A stretch of 64,000 nt of DNA from Octopus bimaculoides (GCF_001194135.2 NC_068981.1:130255691-130319690); one strand, 5' to 3'; positions 49,874 to 62,647 are shown, counted from the stretch's first letter. The notes: generated by a model from the letters alone, not told the origin. Numbers and translations are program-made.

Positions 49874-51283
49874 GTGAGAGTACATTTATACTGAATGAAA
49901 TTAGTTTATTATTCATAAAAGGAATGATTTCTGTTTTATATATTGGTTTTAGATTTTGGCACAGGACCAGCAATTTCGGGGGAGGGGGTAAGTCGATTAC
50001 ATCAACCCCAGTGCTCAACTGGTACCTATTTTATCTGCCTCAAAAGGATGAAGGGCAAAGCTAACTTCAGTGGAATTTGAAGTCAGAATGTGAAGATGAA
50101 CGAAATGCTACTAAGCATTTTGCTTGACATGCTGATGGTTCTGCCAGCTCATCACCTTTTCTGTCTCATATATTAAACACTAACATTCTTTTTGCTAAAA
50201 AAAAAAAAATTGAATTTACATGGGATTGCAATGCATGCAGACAGCTCCATACCATGTCATCATCATCATCATCATTTCACCATCCACTTTCCCATGCTTG
50301 CATGGACTGGATGACCTTTGTAGAGGTGGATTTTCTATGGCTGGATGTTCTTGTTGCCAATGCTCACCTTTTTCCAAATAAGGTAATATTCCCCCTATGG
50401 CCAGACATGTTTTCGTGGAAGTTTGGAAACAAAGAACACTGTTTGTATGATGATGGCACTTGTTTATAGCTGTCACACAAAATCAAGGCAAAGTGGTAGT
50501 AACACACACACACACACATATACACATCATATACAACTACAACAGAGTTCTTTAGTTTCCTTCTACCTGGGGTTGTAGTGGAAAACATTTGCCCAATGTT
50601 AACATTCTTTTTTGTTAAAAATATTGAGCCTGGCAGAAATTTACTTGGGATTGCAATGCATACTGACAGCTCCAAACCATGTATTTAAAGAAATTGCTCA
50701 ACCCATAGTAACAGTCCTAAAAGGATAAATATTTACAAGGAATATGCAAAATGTAAACTGAATGAAGAAAAAAAAAAAGTGGAAGCAAACAAACTAGAAC
50801 TAATATAATTGAGATACATTTGATTGATGGTAAAACATCATCATAGCAATCTGAACTTGTTAACTTGCTCTCGGTAGTTTATAACTTGCCAACAGTAGTT
50901 CAGAACTTTTCCAAGATTCTCAATCAACAATGCATTCCATATTATCTTTGTTGTAGAATTAGAGGATGAGTATTTTACAATTATAGTAATTTTGAGTAGT
51001 ATTTTTTTTAATATCAAATTGATTACATTAAATATTTTTATACACTTAATGTATCTACTCGTGTATAAGGTGTATCCTAATTTAGTTAAATCTTGGTACA
51101 AAATATTTTTCTGTTCATAGTTTTAGCTTTGCCTCATATATAAGTCACACTTCAGTTTTTTTCATTTAAAATCAAGTATAGAATAGTATAACTGTACATG
51201 AGCAAATACAATAAATCAGAAAGCTTATAATCATAAATTTCACCATCATCATCATGTTTTCCATACTGGTATGGGTTAGATGG

Positions 51284-51828
51284 GAGGCGCAATGGCCCAG
51301 TGGTTAGGGCAGCGGACTCGCGGTCATAGGATCACGGTTTCGATTCCCAGACCGGACGTTGTGAGTGTTTATTGAGCGAAAACACCTAAAGCTCCACGAA
51401 GCTCCGGCAGGGAATGGTGGCGAACCCTGCTGTACTCTTCCACCACAACTTTCTCTCACTCTTACTTCCTATTTCTGTTGTGCCTGTAATTCAAAGGGTC
51501 AGCCTTGTCACACTGTGTCACGCTGAATATCCCCGAGAACTACGTTAAGGGTACACGTATCTGNNNNNNNNNNATGGTGGCGAACCCTGTTGTACTCTTC
51601 CACCACAACTTTCTCTCACTCTTACTTCCTATTTCTGTTGTGCCTGTAATTCAAAGGGTCAGCCTTGTCACACTGTGTCACGCTGAATATCCCCGAGAAC
51701 TACGTTAAGGGTACACGTATCTGTGGAGTACTCAGCCACTTGCACGTTAATTTCACGAACAGGCTGTTCCGTTGATCAGATCAACTGGAACCCTCGACGT
51801 CGTAAGCGATGGAGTGCCAACAACAACA
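51284..51828 (+). mobile_element. tRNA-derived SINE family 1, with a gap-associated duplicated segment; further copies 8258-8508(-) and ~30580-30900(-)
   Basis: Same head and body; TSD ATGGGTTAGATGG at 51271-51283 and 51829-51841. Confidence 0.9.
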
Positions 51829-52024
51829 ATGGGTTAGATGGTTTGATTGAAACTGGTAAGCTGGAGAGCTGCACCAAGCTACTGTTTGTTTTGGCTTGGT
51901 TTCTATGGCTGGATGCCCTTCCTAACATCAACCACTCCACAGAATGGAAAAAAACCCTGGCTAAACCAAAATTGAAATTCACTAAAACTGTTTAGCTTTT
52001 TAAAGAATTATGATTCTAGTTTAA

Positions 52025-52240
52025 CCCTTTAGTATTCAGATTACTCTGTCAAATGTAAGGCTTATTTATTCACATTGTTCTGTATTAATCATGTATTATA
52101 TCATAACTTTGAGATTTTGATATGATTGTTTATTTCTAGAATTATATTGTAGGGCAAGTGTGAGAGGTTGGATCTATCCAGTTTGAACATAAAACAGAAA
52201 TAATATTTTGGCCAGATATGGCCCATTTAAATGCTAAGGG
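52025..52240. mobile_element. piggyBac-like MITE (second family; related copy 17363-17581)
   Basis: TTAA|CCCTTTAG...CTAAGGG|TTAA. Confidence 0.8.
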
Positions 52241-52401
52241 TTAAAATGATTTCTAGATCACCATTCTTGATTTTTATTTTGAAAAACTTCTTAGTTTTAT
52301 TGATTTGAAATTGAAAAAGAAAACTTGAATTGAAACTTCTATTCATAGTTTTTGTGCCAAATGCTGTTATTAGCTAATTTTGTGTTATGCAATTTCAATA
52401 G

Positions 52402-52520
52402 AAAAACATGCCATTGTTGAAAGGAACTTTAATAACTGTGATCTTAGTCGCCTAATGCAAGACTTAATTGGTAATTATATACTAATGGAAGAATATTTCA
52501 TGCGAGAAATGGTCTTGAAG
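52402..52520 (+). CDS. COG4: COG4 exon 12 (119 nt; KHAIVERNFNNCDLSRLMQDLIGNYILMEEYFMREMVLK)
   Basis: MEEYFMRE signature; CAATAG/GTAAGT. Confidence 0.96.
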
Positions 52521-52787
52521 GTAAGTCAAGTCATATGTTCTTTTTATTTCTCTCCTTACATATGTTCAGGAATGCTGATGAATTTTTGGTTTTTCTTCTG
52601 TTAACTATTTTTATCTTTTACTTGTTTCAGTCATTAGATTGAGTCCATGCTGGGACACTTATTTTTTAAAGCCTCATGCTTATTCTATCGGTCTCTTTTA
52701 CCGAACCACTAATTTATGGAGATACAAACACATCAGCAGTAGTTGGGGGACAAATACAGACATAAAGACACACGCACATAGATACAT

Positions 52788-52833
<46 letters not shown>

Positions 52834-54836
52834 CGGGCTTCTTTCAAATCCACTCACAAAGCTTTGGTCAGCTCAAGGCTATAATAAAAGGCACTTGCCC
52901 AAAATGCTACACAGTGGGACTGAGCCCGGAACTTTGTTGGGATGCAAGCTTCTTACCACACAACCACGCGGATATTAAGAGTTGTACTTGTTACCATTTA
53001 GACTAAACTAATGAAAGCAGAGTAATGTACCTTGACTTGTGACTAATTATGTCTGAAATTAAAGTAGTTGTAGTCCAGCTACTGAATTTCATCATTTTTG
53101 CATATCTTGTATGTTTTTGTACCATGAGGTGGAGATGGTAACAATTAGAAAGTTTGAATTTATGTCAAAGTAGTATTGCTATGTGTAGATGAGTGTATCA
53201 TCAGCATAGCTTTGACCCAGGTCAACCTTCATCTAGCAGGCCTATGATCAGACATATTCCAGTCATGACTATCTCATCTTTATTCCCAAACATAGTGTAT
53301 CTAGGACTATTTACCTAATGAGTTTTTCCAATTTTATGACTATGGTAGCATTTCTCAAATTGATAAATCTCAGCACTCCACCCTTTCCTCAAAAAGGAAA
53401 ACACTAGTGAAAAAAGTGTTGCTCTCTTGTTATTACTGAGATAATAAATAGATTTTGCATCTGTATATTTCATACTTCACTGTGGTATTGACAAATTTAA
53501 AACATTTAAAACCATCTTAATTCTGTTAAGCATGTCTGTTTTCTCACTCATTTTTTCTATTCCTTCCCTATGACAAACACTGCTGTAAGGTATGATTTGA
53601 GAGAAATTTGGTTGCTATTTCTTGCAGGCTGTAGAAATTCCCTGTTGGCTTTGGTAGAATATTAGTGTAGAAATGTCTGGGGGAATTATGGAAAAGTCAT
53701 TGACGATGGGTTGATTTAAGAGGAACACTGGAATTGTTGAAGTGGGAAACTTAGAGGACACTAATGAATTCTACAAAGTTACAAAGCCAGGTGTTAAATT
53801 CCAAATAGGGGCTGTTTGGTTATGAGCTTTGCATATTACACTGTCAAATAACTTTGCAAATAATACTGAGTGCAGCATTTTTAGTTTCACCATGAATTTA
53901 TAAAGCAAAAGTAGATATTAGCATTCTTATCCTCTGTGATTATGTTTATATTTTTCTTGATGATTTTGCCAGCAGAAAGGCAGTGCCTATGACTTTTTTC
54001 AAAGACATTGAAGAGAGGAAATGGTTAGGTATAATGACAGTAGATGTGAGTTGCATGTCTCTTGTAGTACTTAATTTTGCATATCACTGTCATCACAAAT
54101 GAGACTCAGTTTATGCCACTTCACCACATATCTTCCTGGATCTTCTTCCACAAGCTTCATCTACCTTAAGTGATCGTTACTTCTTTATACAGCTGTTCTC
54201 TCTTCTCATCCATATACATCACATGAACATACCAGCAGAGTCTTCTCTCTTGGACACTCCATCTGATTTCTCTTGTGTCCAGTTTTTTCTCTCAACACAT
54301 TAGCACTTTGTTGATCAGGCACACTGACTCCACATATCTGATGGAGCATGTTAACTTCATTTCTTTCTTTCTACATATGCATATATATATATATATATTA
54401 TATGACAAGCTTGTTACAGTTTCCATCTACTGAATCCACTAACAAGGTACTGATTGCTTTGGGATGGTTGTTGAAGATTCAAAGTAGAAGACTTTGGAGA
54501 AGACACAGATATGCCTTGCGATTGAACCTGAAACCATGTTTTTTAATCACACAACTATGTGACCTCCCCTCTCTCTTTGTCTCTCTTTCTCTCTCTCTAG
54601 GTTGGGCCAAAAGTCACGCACCAAAACATTTGCCATTTTATTTATGTTATATTATTATTTGTTTTGTTCATATACAAGAATGTGTGCATTCATTTTATTT
54701 TATTTTATTTATTCTATTCAGTTTTAGGAAAATTGAAGCATGTCTTTGACAACTCCATAGCAATATATATATTAAATGAATTTTAATCTTGGTGCGTAAC
54801 TTTTAGTTATTATGGAATGAAATATCTCTGTTTCAG

Positions 54837-54922
54837 GCTGTCAGTATGGATTTGGCTGAAGAGAATTCCCTTTATTCAAGTATGGTTGATGATTCCTTTT
54901 TCATTGTAAAAAAGTCTGTGAG
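54837..54922 (+). CDS. COG4: COG4 exon 13 (86 nt; AVSMDLAEENSLYSSMVDDSFFIVKKSV(R))
   Basis: SSMVDDxFxIVKK signature; TTTCAG/GTAATT. Confidence 0.96.
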
Positions 54923-55869
54923 GTAATTCTTTTATCTTTTACTTGTTTCAGTCATTTGACTGTGGCCATGCTGGGGGGCACGTTTTGAAGGGTTTTAGTT
55001 GAACAAATTGACCCCAGGACTTATTTTTTTAAGTTCTGTTTTGCTGAACTGCTAAGTTACGGGGTTGTAAATACACCAATACCAGTTGTCGAACAGTGGT
55101 GGGAGACAAAACAGACACAAAGACACACACACACATATATACAAACATGATGAGCTTTTCCCAGTTTAGTTTACTAAATCCACTCACAAGGCTTTGGTTG
55201 GCTTGAGGCTATAGTAGAAGACACTTGCCCAAGGTGCTACACAGTGTGACAAAACTTGGAACTAATTGATTGGGAAGCAAACTCCTTACTACACAGCTAA
55301 TTAGAAAAATATATTTAATCAATGAAAAGTGCTTTAACTTAGCACATCCACACCAACACAAACAAAGGGGACAGCAGACATGACGGGCTGAATGAAAGTT
55401 TGTGAATTGGTGGTGAAAGATAGACAAAGTAGGGGTGAATATTTGAACTGGTGTTGTATCAAGAATCATAGGTATTGTGTGCAGAGATGGTGATGTTGGT
55501 GATCCTAGTTTGTGTAACTAAGAACAACCAGGTAGAGTGAACTAAGAAAGTGATTACATTTTCAATAAATTCATTAGCTGAAGAGATGAATATAATGACA
55601 TGGGCAAGAGATGTGCACTGATATTTGCAGATAATAGATGGCAGACAGAAGGAGGTTGATATTGGTTGAGTTAGGAGGGAGTTATTATATTAGGTGTTCA
55701 TGTGTTAGGTCTTATAAATGGAAGTTTAAAAACAGAAAAAGAATCTGATGTAAAAATTATATAAGGAAGTTTTTATGAGTTAGTCATAGGAAGAGGATCA
55801 GTGCTCTTGACTTTTTTTTAGTTGCTGCTATAGGGGAAAGAGCATGAAAATATCAAATTATCCTCAAAA

Positions 55870-56150
55870 AATAACATCCAAGAACAATGCCAGCAGCAGC
55901 TGACCATTGAAGAGCAAGTCTGGCAGCACTAGCTACAGTAGTTTGACCACATCTGCAGGATGAGTACCAAAAGACTACCACATCAGCATTTGTGGTAGCA
56001 GCGACCAGCATACTGGCGAATCCAGTGCAGCACACCAAAGAAGATATGGGTGAAAGAAATTGAGGAAGACCTAAAGTTACAGTGCTCCAACCTTGAGCGT
56101 GCTAAGGCCACTGCCATGGATCAGAAAGTGTGGAATAACATTCTCACCAG
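55870..56150 (+). mobile_element. Old non-LTR retrotransposon RT C-terminal remnant
   Basis: Reads FDHICRMSTKRLPHQ...PKKIWVKEIEEDLK with stops, like the RTE WFGH...W...D region. Confidence 0.6.
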
Positions 56151-56994
56151 ACTGTGTCATTTAGTGCTACCTACAGCAGCATATTGGTTGAGAGGACAGC
56201 CTCCCACTCTGGGTTACCAGCTTGGACTCCACTTAAGAAAAATGAGTGGCAATTGGTGATATTAAATTGGAGAATCGAGTTAGTTGACCAATCAAAAACA
56301 TTCATTTCATCCAGCAGGCTTCTGCATCATTTCCATCTACGTAATTTCACTCACAAGATTTTTGCTGACCAGAGTCATTGCAGATGATTCGGTGCCATGC
56401 GGGGGGATTAAAAGTGGATTCCTCTGATTGCAAACAAACTGCTTAACCATGTAGCCACATGAACATGCCTGCAGTATTTTGATGTTGTTCTGAGTTCAAA
56501 TTCCGCCAAGGTTGACTTTGCCTTTCATCCTTTTGGGGTCAATAAATTAAGTACCAGTTGCATAGTGGGGTCGATCTAATCGACTGGCCCCCTCCCCAAA
56601 AATTTCGGGCCTTGTGCCTAGAGTAGAAAAGAATATTTTGTTGATGTATCCAGCCTGTGGCAGCTGGTAAAACAGATGTTAAACTGGTGGTGATGAAGGG
56701 AAGAAAGGATGTGATAAAAAAAGGTGTTAACATCAAGAGTGACAGACTATAAGTTTGTATGCTATAGATTGTACTATTTTACCTTTTGGCAATATGCTGA
56801 ACTATTCTTGCTTCAGATGACTCTAGGGTTGATAAGGAAAAATTCTAGTGTAACAGTCTAACTAGAAATTGAGTTTATAATAGGGCTGAGAATATCCAGT
56901 TGCCTATCTGAAAGAATGATAGAAAGGGCATTGTTGGGACTGGTCTCCTTCTTTTGATTGGAATGATCAGAGGAGTTTCTGTATGTAGTGACTG

Positions 56995-57190
56995 TATGAG
57001 GGGGTGCTGAAAAGTTCTTGGCTTTGGGTAAAAAAAAAAATACAGGAGGATCAGTTAATTATGATTTTATTCAACATATTCCCCTCCCAGTTTCACACAC
57101 TTATTGCAGCAGTCTTTCAGTTTTTCTAAGCCTTGTAAAAGAACTCAGAAGGTTGGGCCTCCAACCAGGCCTTTCGTGATACCTTTTAGC
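56995..57190. mobile_element. Tc1/mariner-type non-autonomous end fragment; second copy ~60775-60890
   Basis: TATGAGGGGTGCTGAAAAGTTC start; two ~120-bp similar copies. Confidence 0.5.
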
Positions 57191-57536
57191 AGTAAGACAT
57201 GGTGATTGGGAGTTTAAGAAGATTTTTTTTTGAGAGCATATAACATAGATCTGGAGGCAAGGTAAACAACAAATGTACATGCTTTTCCAACAAGCATGCT
57301 GCTAACTAAAGCTGTCTTGCTGTCTAATCTGAAAGAGTTTTGTCTATCATTTCTAAGACCATAGATAAACCTTTTCATTAATGACAGTTATAGTTTAACA
57401 AAGAATTTAGTTTTAATCAAAATAACCATTTCATCTCAGCATTCTGACATTGCTGTGCTGTCTTAATCACTTTGATCGGTTATTTACAAGATTTTTTTCT
57501 TTCATTGCAATTAAGTTATTTTCTCCTTTATTGCAG

Positions 57537-57753
57537 ACGAGCTATTTCTAGTTCTAGTGTTGATGGTGTTTGTGCCATGTTGAATCATGCCTGCACTATA
57601 TTGGAGCAAGACTTCCGAGAAACTCTTTATTCAAAATTACGACCTGGATTTCCTTCAGGTTTTGATTTTAGCCAAGCTTACAATTTAATGCAGTCAAGTT
57701 TTCAACAAGGCAAGTTGAGTTCAGACACTGAAAAGGCTAAAACAGTTTTCTTG
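57537..57753 (+). CDS. COG4: COG4 exon 14 (217 nt; RAISSSSVDGVCAMLNHA...QQGKLSSDTEKAKTVFL)
   Basis: RAxSSSSxDxxCAM motif; TTGCAG/GTAAAT. Confidence 0.96.
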
Positions 57754-58008
57754 GTAAATATTCTTTATGGAATTATATATTAATGTCATTTCATTCCATT
57801 TTTTCCTAAGGAAAGGATTTTTACACCTGTTTTGCTAAAAAATTTTTTATTTATTACTAGCAGAGATACCTGGCATTACTCTGGATTAAAATGGCATAGT
57901 TTTTATATATATTACAGTTATGTTGAAATGGGTGATATGGGAAAGTGCAGCATTGATGACAAAGCATTTGTGGAGTAAATGACAGGCTAATTCGGCTAAG
58001 CGACATGT

Positions 58009-58581
58009 ACATTATTTACATTTGACGGATATTTGTGCTCATCTTGTTTGTTGCTAACACGTTTCAGCTGATATACCCTCCAGCCTTCATCAAGTGTCTT
58101 GTGAAAATTTCGAACTTGGGTTCTCATTCCTAAGGTATTTTTCGATGTTATTATTATTCAGGTCACAGCCTGGAATCGAACTCGGAATCTTGGGGTTAGT
58201 AGCTCGCACTCTTAACCACTACGCCATATGCTAGTGGGCATATTACGTAGTGGTTAAGGCTACTATGCCATATGCTAGTGGGCATATTACGTAGTGGTTA
58301 AGGCTACTATGCCATATGCCAGTGGGCATATGATGTAGTGGTTAAGGCTACTAACCCCAAGATTCCGAGTTCGATTCCAGGCAGTGACCTGAATAATAAT
58401 AATAACATTGAAAAATACCTTAGGAATGAGAACCCAGGTTTGAAATTTCCCCAAGATACCTGATGAAGGCTGGAAGGTATATCAGCCGAAACGTTGTGTT
58501 AGTAACAAACAAGATGAGGACAAATATCAGTCAAATGTAAACAATGTACATAATTCATCATCTCTTAAATATAGAACTGTA
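58009..58581. mobile_element. Palindromic (head-to-head) tRNA-head + hammerhead element, copy B
   Basis: Inverted arms ~58006-58230 and ~58325-58550; central 44-bp tandem units; TSD TAAGCGACATGT at 57997-58008 and 58582-58593. Confidence 0.9.
58455..58500 (+). ncRNA. Minimal type I hammerhead (palindromic ACGT stem III), intact core
   Basis: GATAC-CTGATGA-A-GGCTGG(AAGGTATA)TCAGCC-GAAACGT-T-GTGTT. Confidence 0.7.
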
Positions 58582-59562
58582 TAAGCGACATGTCATGTGT
58601 CTGTTTGGAGTATTCCAGGCCCTAACCTGTCATGGAAAATTGGGAGTGGAGTGTATGTGATTTTTGAACACATCGCAAATCTGTCAGTGGATGTACTCTC
58701 CTTTGCGGTGGTCGGTGCTGTGTCTTACACAACACATCATCTGAAGTTTTGACACCTCCTTTGGGTATGATGTCCTACATCACTCATAACATAAATTTGG
58801 AGGAACTATGGTTTCTTTATGGGTAACAAGGAAGCAATGAGGTGATAGACTTGCCCTTGAACTTTGAATGTCAGTGCAAATCCATGTTCAACTATCTCCT
58901 TAGATGCACCAAATAATGTCATTTGAAATGCAGACTTGTATTGTCTGATATCATTCAGAAAATTCTTTGACTGGATGGAAGTGCCTTCCAGAAGATCCAT
59001 AAAAGGTTGAGGAGGAGCTGGGAGTGCTGGCAAGCTTACTTACCACCTGAGCAGCACATGCCATTAGTTTCATTTGGAAATTTTAAAGCTTTACAGAAAC
59101 AACAATTTGAGTTTAGCACACCTCTTTCTTATAAAAATTACCATTTTTATAAGAAAGAGATGGATCATATCTGAAAGCAGCTCCAGGAGTTGTGAAGAAC
59201 GAATTTGTACGTAGTCTGTTTCTGAGAGCTATTCTATTGGACCTCTGTCTAATCATTAAAACATTGTTGTAATGATTCAGCATTAAGTGCTGCAGCATGC
59301 CTTTGCTGATTTTGGAAAAGTCACATTTCTCTTCTCTTTTGAGACTCCATTTGACATTCTGCAGCATTCATTTGCTGATCTGAAAAAAGTCGCATCTTCC
59401 TTCTGTATTGAGACTCTCACTTTCGGTTTTCCACAATCCTACTTGTTTCTGGAAAAATTATGTTGTTTGTTTGGCAGCATATTTTTTTCAATATTGTAAA
59501 CAAAAAATTATGAACATTAATCTCTATTCTTGCATACTGAAATTATTGTTTTAACTTTACAG

Positions 59563-59625
59563 ATAACTCTGAACAATGCAGAAGCCAGTTGTGATTACAT
59601 AAAATCTCTTCACAACAGTTTAGAG
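59563..59625 (+). CDS. COG4: COG4 exon 15 (63 nt; ITLNNAEASCDYIKSLHNSLE)
   Basis: TLNN motif; TTACAG/GTCAGT. Confidence 0.93.
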
Positions 59626-59700
59626 GTCAGTATTTATAACAAGACATTCTACATTATATCCTTGCTACAATGATGTGACTAGGTCATTTATATGTATATA

Positions 59701-60200
59701 TATCAGGTCATCCCATAAGTTCTGTCTGAATTTTGAATAAAGAAAACAAGTGATCAAATGTTATATTTAATTGAAATTTAATCATCAATGTACTTTCCCT
59801 GGTTATCTATGTCTTCCTTCCATCTATTTACAAGCTTTTTAATCCCATTAATATAAAACTCTTTTTGCTTTCAAAGTGAAGAACTCTGAAATGTCAGTTT
59901 CGACCTCCTCCAAATGATTCTGTGAAAGATGAAACAAATGGTAGTCTGAAGTAGCAAGGTCGGGAGAATAAGGTGGATGAGGAATTTTTTCCCAACCAAG
60001 CTCTTCGATCTTCTGTGATGTGGGGTCGCATGTTGTCCTGATGAAACATCACTCCTTTTTGATTCACTAAAGCGGGTCTTTTTTTCTTCAAAGTTTGGTT
60101 CAAATGCTCTAATTGCTGACAGTAGACTTGAGCATTGATTGTTGCATTAGGTGGTAACAATTCAAAGTGAATTACTCCTTTGCAATCCCACATATGCTGG
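59701..60200 (-). mobile_element. Mariner transposon 3' fragment
   Basis: WDCKGVIHFELL, FHQDN and HPPYSPDLATSDYHLF motifs; TIR TATCAGGTCATCCCATAA resembles the 24.3 kb TIR. Confidence 0.9.
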
Positions 60201-61473
60201 TAAAGTGACGCTGGCAACGATCATGCTCGAAAAGTGCTTTTCATATGTCACTGGCACTGGAGCCAATCCGCGGCCCTGGCAACTATCATGCTCGGATGTG
60301 CTTTTAACATTCCACTGGCACGAGTGCCAATCAGGCAGTACTACAAACACATGTATATAAATGATTCTTTGTACTATCTTACAAGTGTGATAGCCTAGTT
60401 AATTTATAACAAGCTTTTTTATATAGTGTATTAATCCATGTATAATTGGTACTGATGTATAATTTGCTGATCTAATTTGAGCCAATGAAATCCTCAAAAA
60501 ATGTCTTGTGTATAATGTGCGCTGATTTGTTTTTAGTACATCTTCATTTTTACCTTGCATTTCGCATTGAAGCAAAATGAATGGAAAATGATATGTAATT
60601 ATATAATATATATATATAATGCAAGAGAGTTAGGGGTTGAGGATTCAACCCACTAAGGGATAGTATCTATCCAATATACTGCTGGGAGGGTACTCAGTTA
60701 TTGTTACACTAGTGTTATACCAAGTGGGAGCGGGTAAAAGGTTTTTTTTTTACCCTAAATTTATATATCAATTAGAAAGTGCTGAAAAGTTCCTGGTTTT
60801 GGATAAAAGAAAATACAGGAGGATCAGTTAATTATGATTTTATACAACATATTCTCCTCTCAGATTTACACACTTATTGCAGTGGTCCTCAAGCAACTGA
60901 AACGAGTAAAAGATTCCATTTTATTAACCATTATTACTGATTAGAAAAAAACATCTTTTATTTCAGTTTCATTTTATTGTCGATTGTTACCAATTACCAA
61001 CTCTTTCATTTTCTCTGTTTACTGAAAACCATTTTATTTTCTGGTTGAATTAGTGATGAAGCCAGTGAAAGTGCACAAGATTAAAAATAAAAAGCAGCGG
61101 AATTTACCACCCAGCTTCAAATTTTAATTCTCAGTTTTATTCCAGTCATGTTACTAATGTTTCTCAGAAAAGCTTTATCTTCATCACGTTTTTCTCATTT
61201 TTCTAAATATTTGAAGATTTTCGCATTTATCATTTTTATTTTGTACTTGATTCAGTCATTATTAGACTACAGCTATGCTGGGGTTCCACCTTTAGGAATT
61301 TTAGTTGATCTAATTGATCCCAGTATTTATTTTCTTTTTAAGTTTGGTACTTATTGTATCAGTGATTTTTGTTGAACCATTAAGTTACAGACACATAAAC
61401 ATACCTACACCAGTTGTCAAGCAGTGATGGGGTACAAACACAGTCACAAAGACACACACACATACACACACAA

Positions 61474-61511
<38 letters not shown>

Positions 61512-61611
61512 NNNNNNNNNNNNNNNNNNNNNNNNNNNNNNNNNNNNNNNNNNNNNNNNNNNNNNNNNNNNNNNNNNNNNNNNNNNNNNNNNNNNNNNNN
61601 NNNNNNNNNNN

Positions 61612-61655
<44 letters not shown>

Positions 61656-62590
61656 CACACACATGATGGGCTTCATCATGATTCATTCACAGGTTTTGGT
61701 CAGCCCAAGGCTAGAGTAGAAGACACTTGTGCAAGGTACCACACAGTGGGACTGAATCCAGAACTGTTTGGTTGGGAAGCAAACTTCTTACCACACAGCC
61801 ACGTCTGTGTCTATATTACTGAAGGACATTATCAACATAACTTTTTTTGCATGATTATCTTCCTGCTTTTCATGAGAACGCACAACATTTAGAATGTTTT
61901 ATCCTTGTATTGTACATAAAATTATTTTAACCGTAGATGTAAATATATAAGAACAACTTACAAGGTTTGTGTGTTTGTATGTATGCATGCATGTAGTTAG
62001 AAAAAAAATCTGGTATATATTATAGGCACTGGCGTGGCTGTGTGGTAAGAAGCAAGTTTTTTAGCCACACGGCTACGGGTTCAGTCTCACTGTGTGGCAC
62101 CTTGGGCAAGTGTCTTCTGCTATAGCCGTGGACCAACCAAAGCTTTGTGAGTAGATTTGGTAGACAGAAACCGAAAGAAGCCTGTCCTATACATGTATAT
62201 GTATGTGTGTTTCTCCTCCACCACTGCTTGACAACTGGTGTTGGTTTTTTTACATCCCTGTAACTTAGTGGTTCAACAAAAACACTGATAATATGTGTAT
62301 CAGGCTCAAAAAAAAAAACAAGGTCTGGGGGTCGATTCATTTGGCTAAAAATTCTTCAAGGCAGTGCCCCATCATGACCACAGTCTAATGACTAAAACAA
62401 GTAAAAGATAAAAGATATTGCAAACAATGAAAAACTTACTAAAGTTAATGAAAACAGGACAGATTACATTATGCAACTCCGACTGTTTCTTTTTATTTTA
62501 AAGTTACTTTTCTGTATCTAATCTGCTTATATCTACTTGATTTGTTATGCTGTTGACCTAATGTCTTTATCATTAATATCTTTTGACTAG

Positions 62591-62647
62591 GCTGAGGTTT
62601 CACAACTTTTCAGACAGTGTAGTGAACAGAACAAAGCTAAGTTGGAG
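62591..62647 (+). CDS. COG4: COG4 exon 16 (57 nt; AEVSQLFRQCSEQNKAKLE); gene continues beyond the window
   Basis: GACTAG/GTAAGT; aligns to the COG4 LF...EQxxAKxx segment. Confidence 0.88.

Larger units (their letters stand above)
57857..59480 (-). mobile_element. Internally deleted Helitron (RepHel N-terminal remnants + degenerate 3' end); right boundary approximate
   Basis: IRQYKSAFQMTLFGA and TFKVQGQVYH motifs; same CTAGCAGAG terminus as the 36.8 kb copy. Confidence 0.8.

Noticed and set aside
51415-51720. ~145-bp tandem duplication inside a SINE; likewise 1752-1820
   Set aside because: Both duplications straddle 10-N gaps, typical of unmerged contig overlaps
53050-53210. Minus-strand CTGATGA within a YADDTLIY reading
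   Set aside because: Better explained as an old LINE RT YADD remnant; no HHR stems
58223-58345. 44-bp tandem repeats, superficially CRISPR-like
   Set aside because: No unique spacers, eukaryotic context; slippage duplication of the palindrome centre
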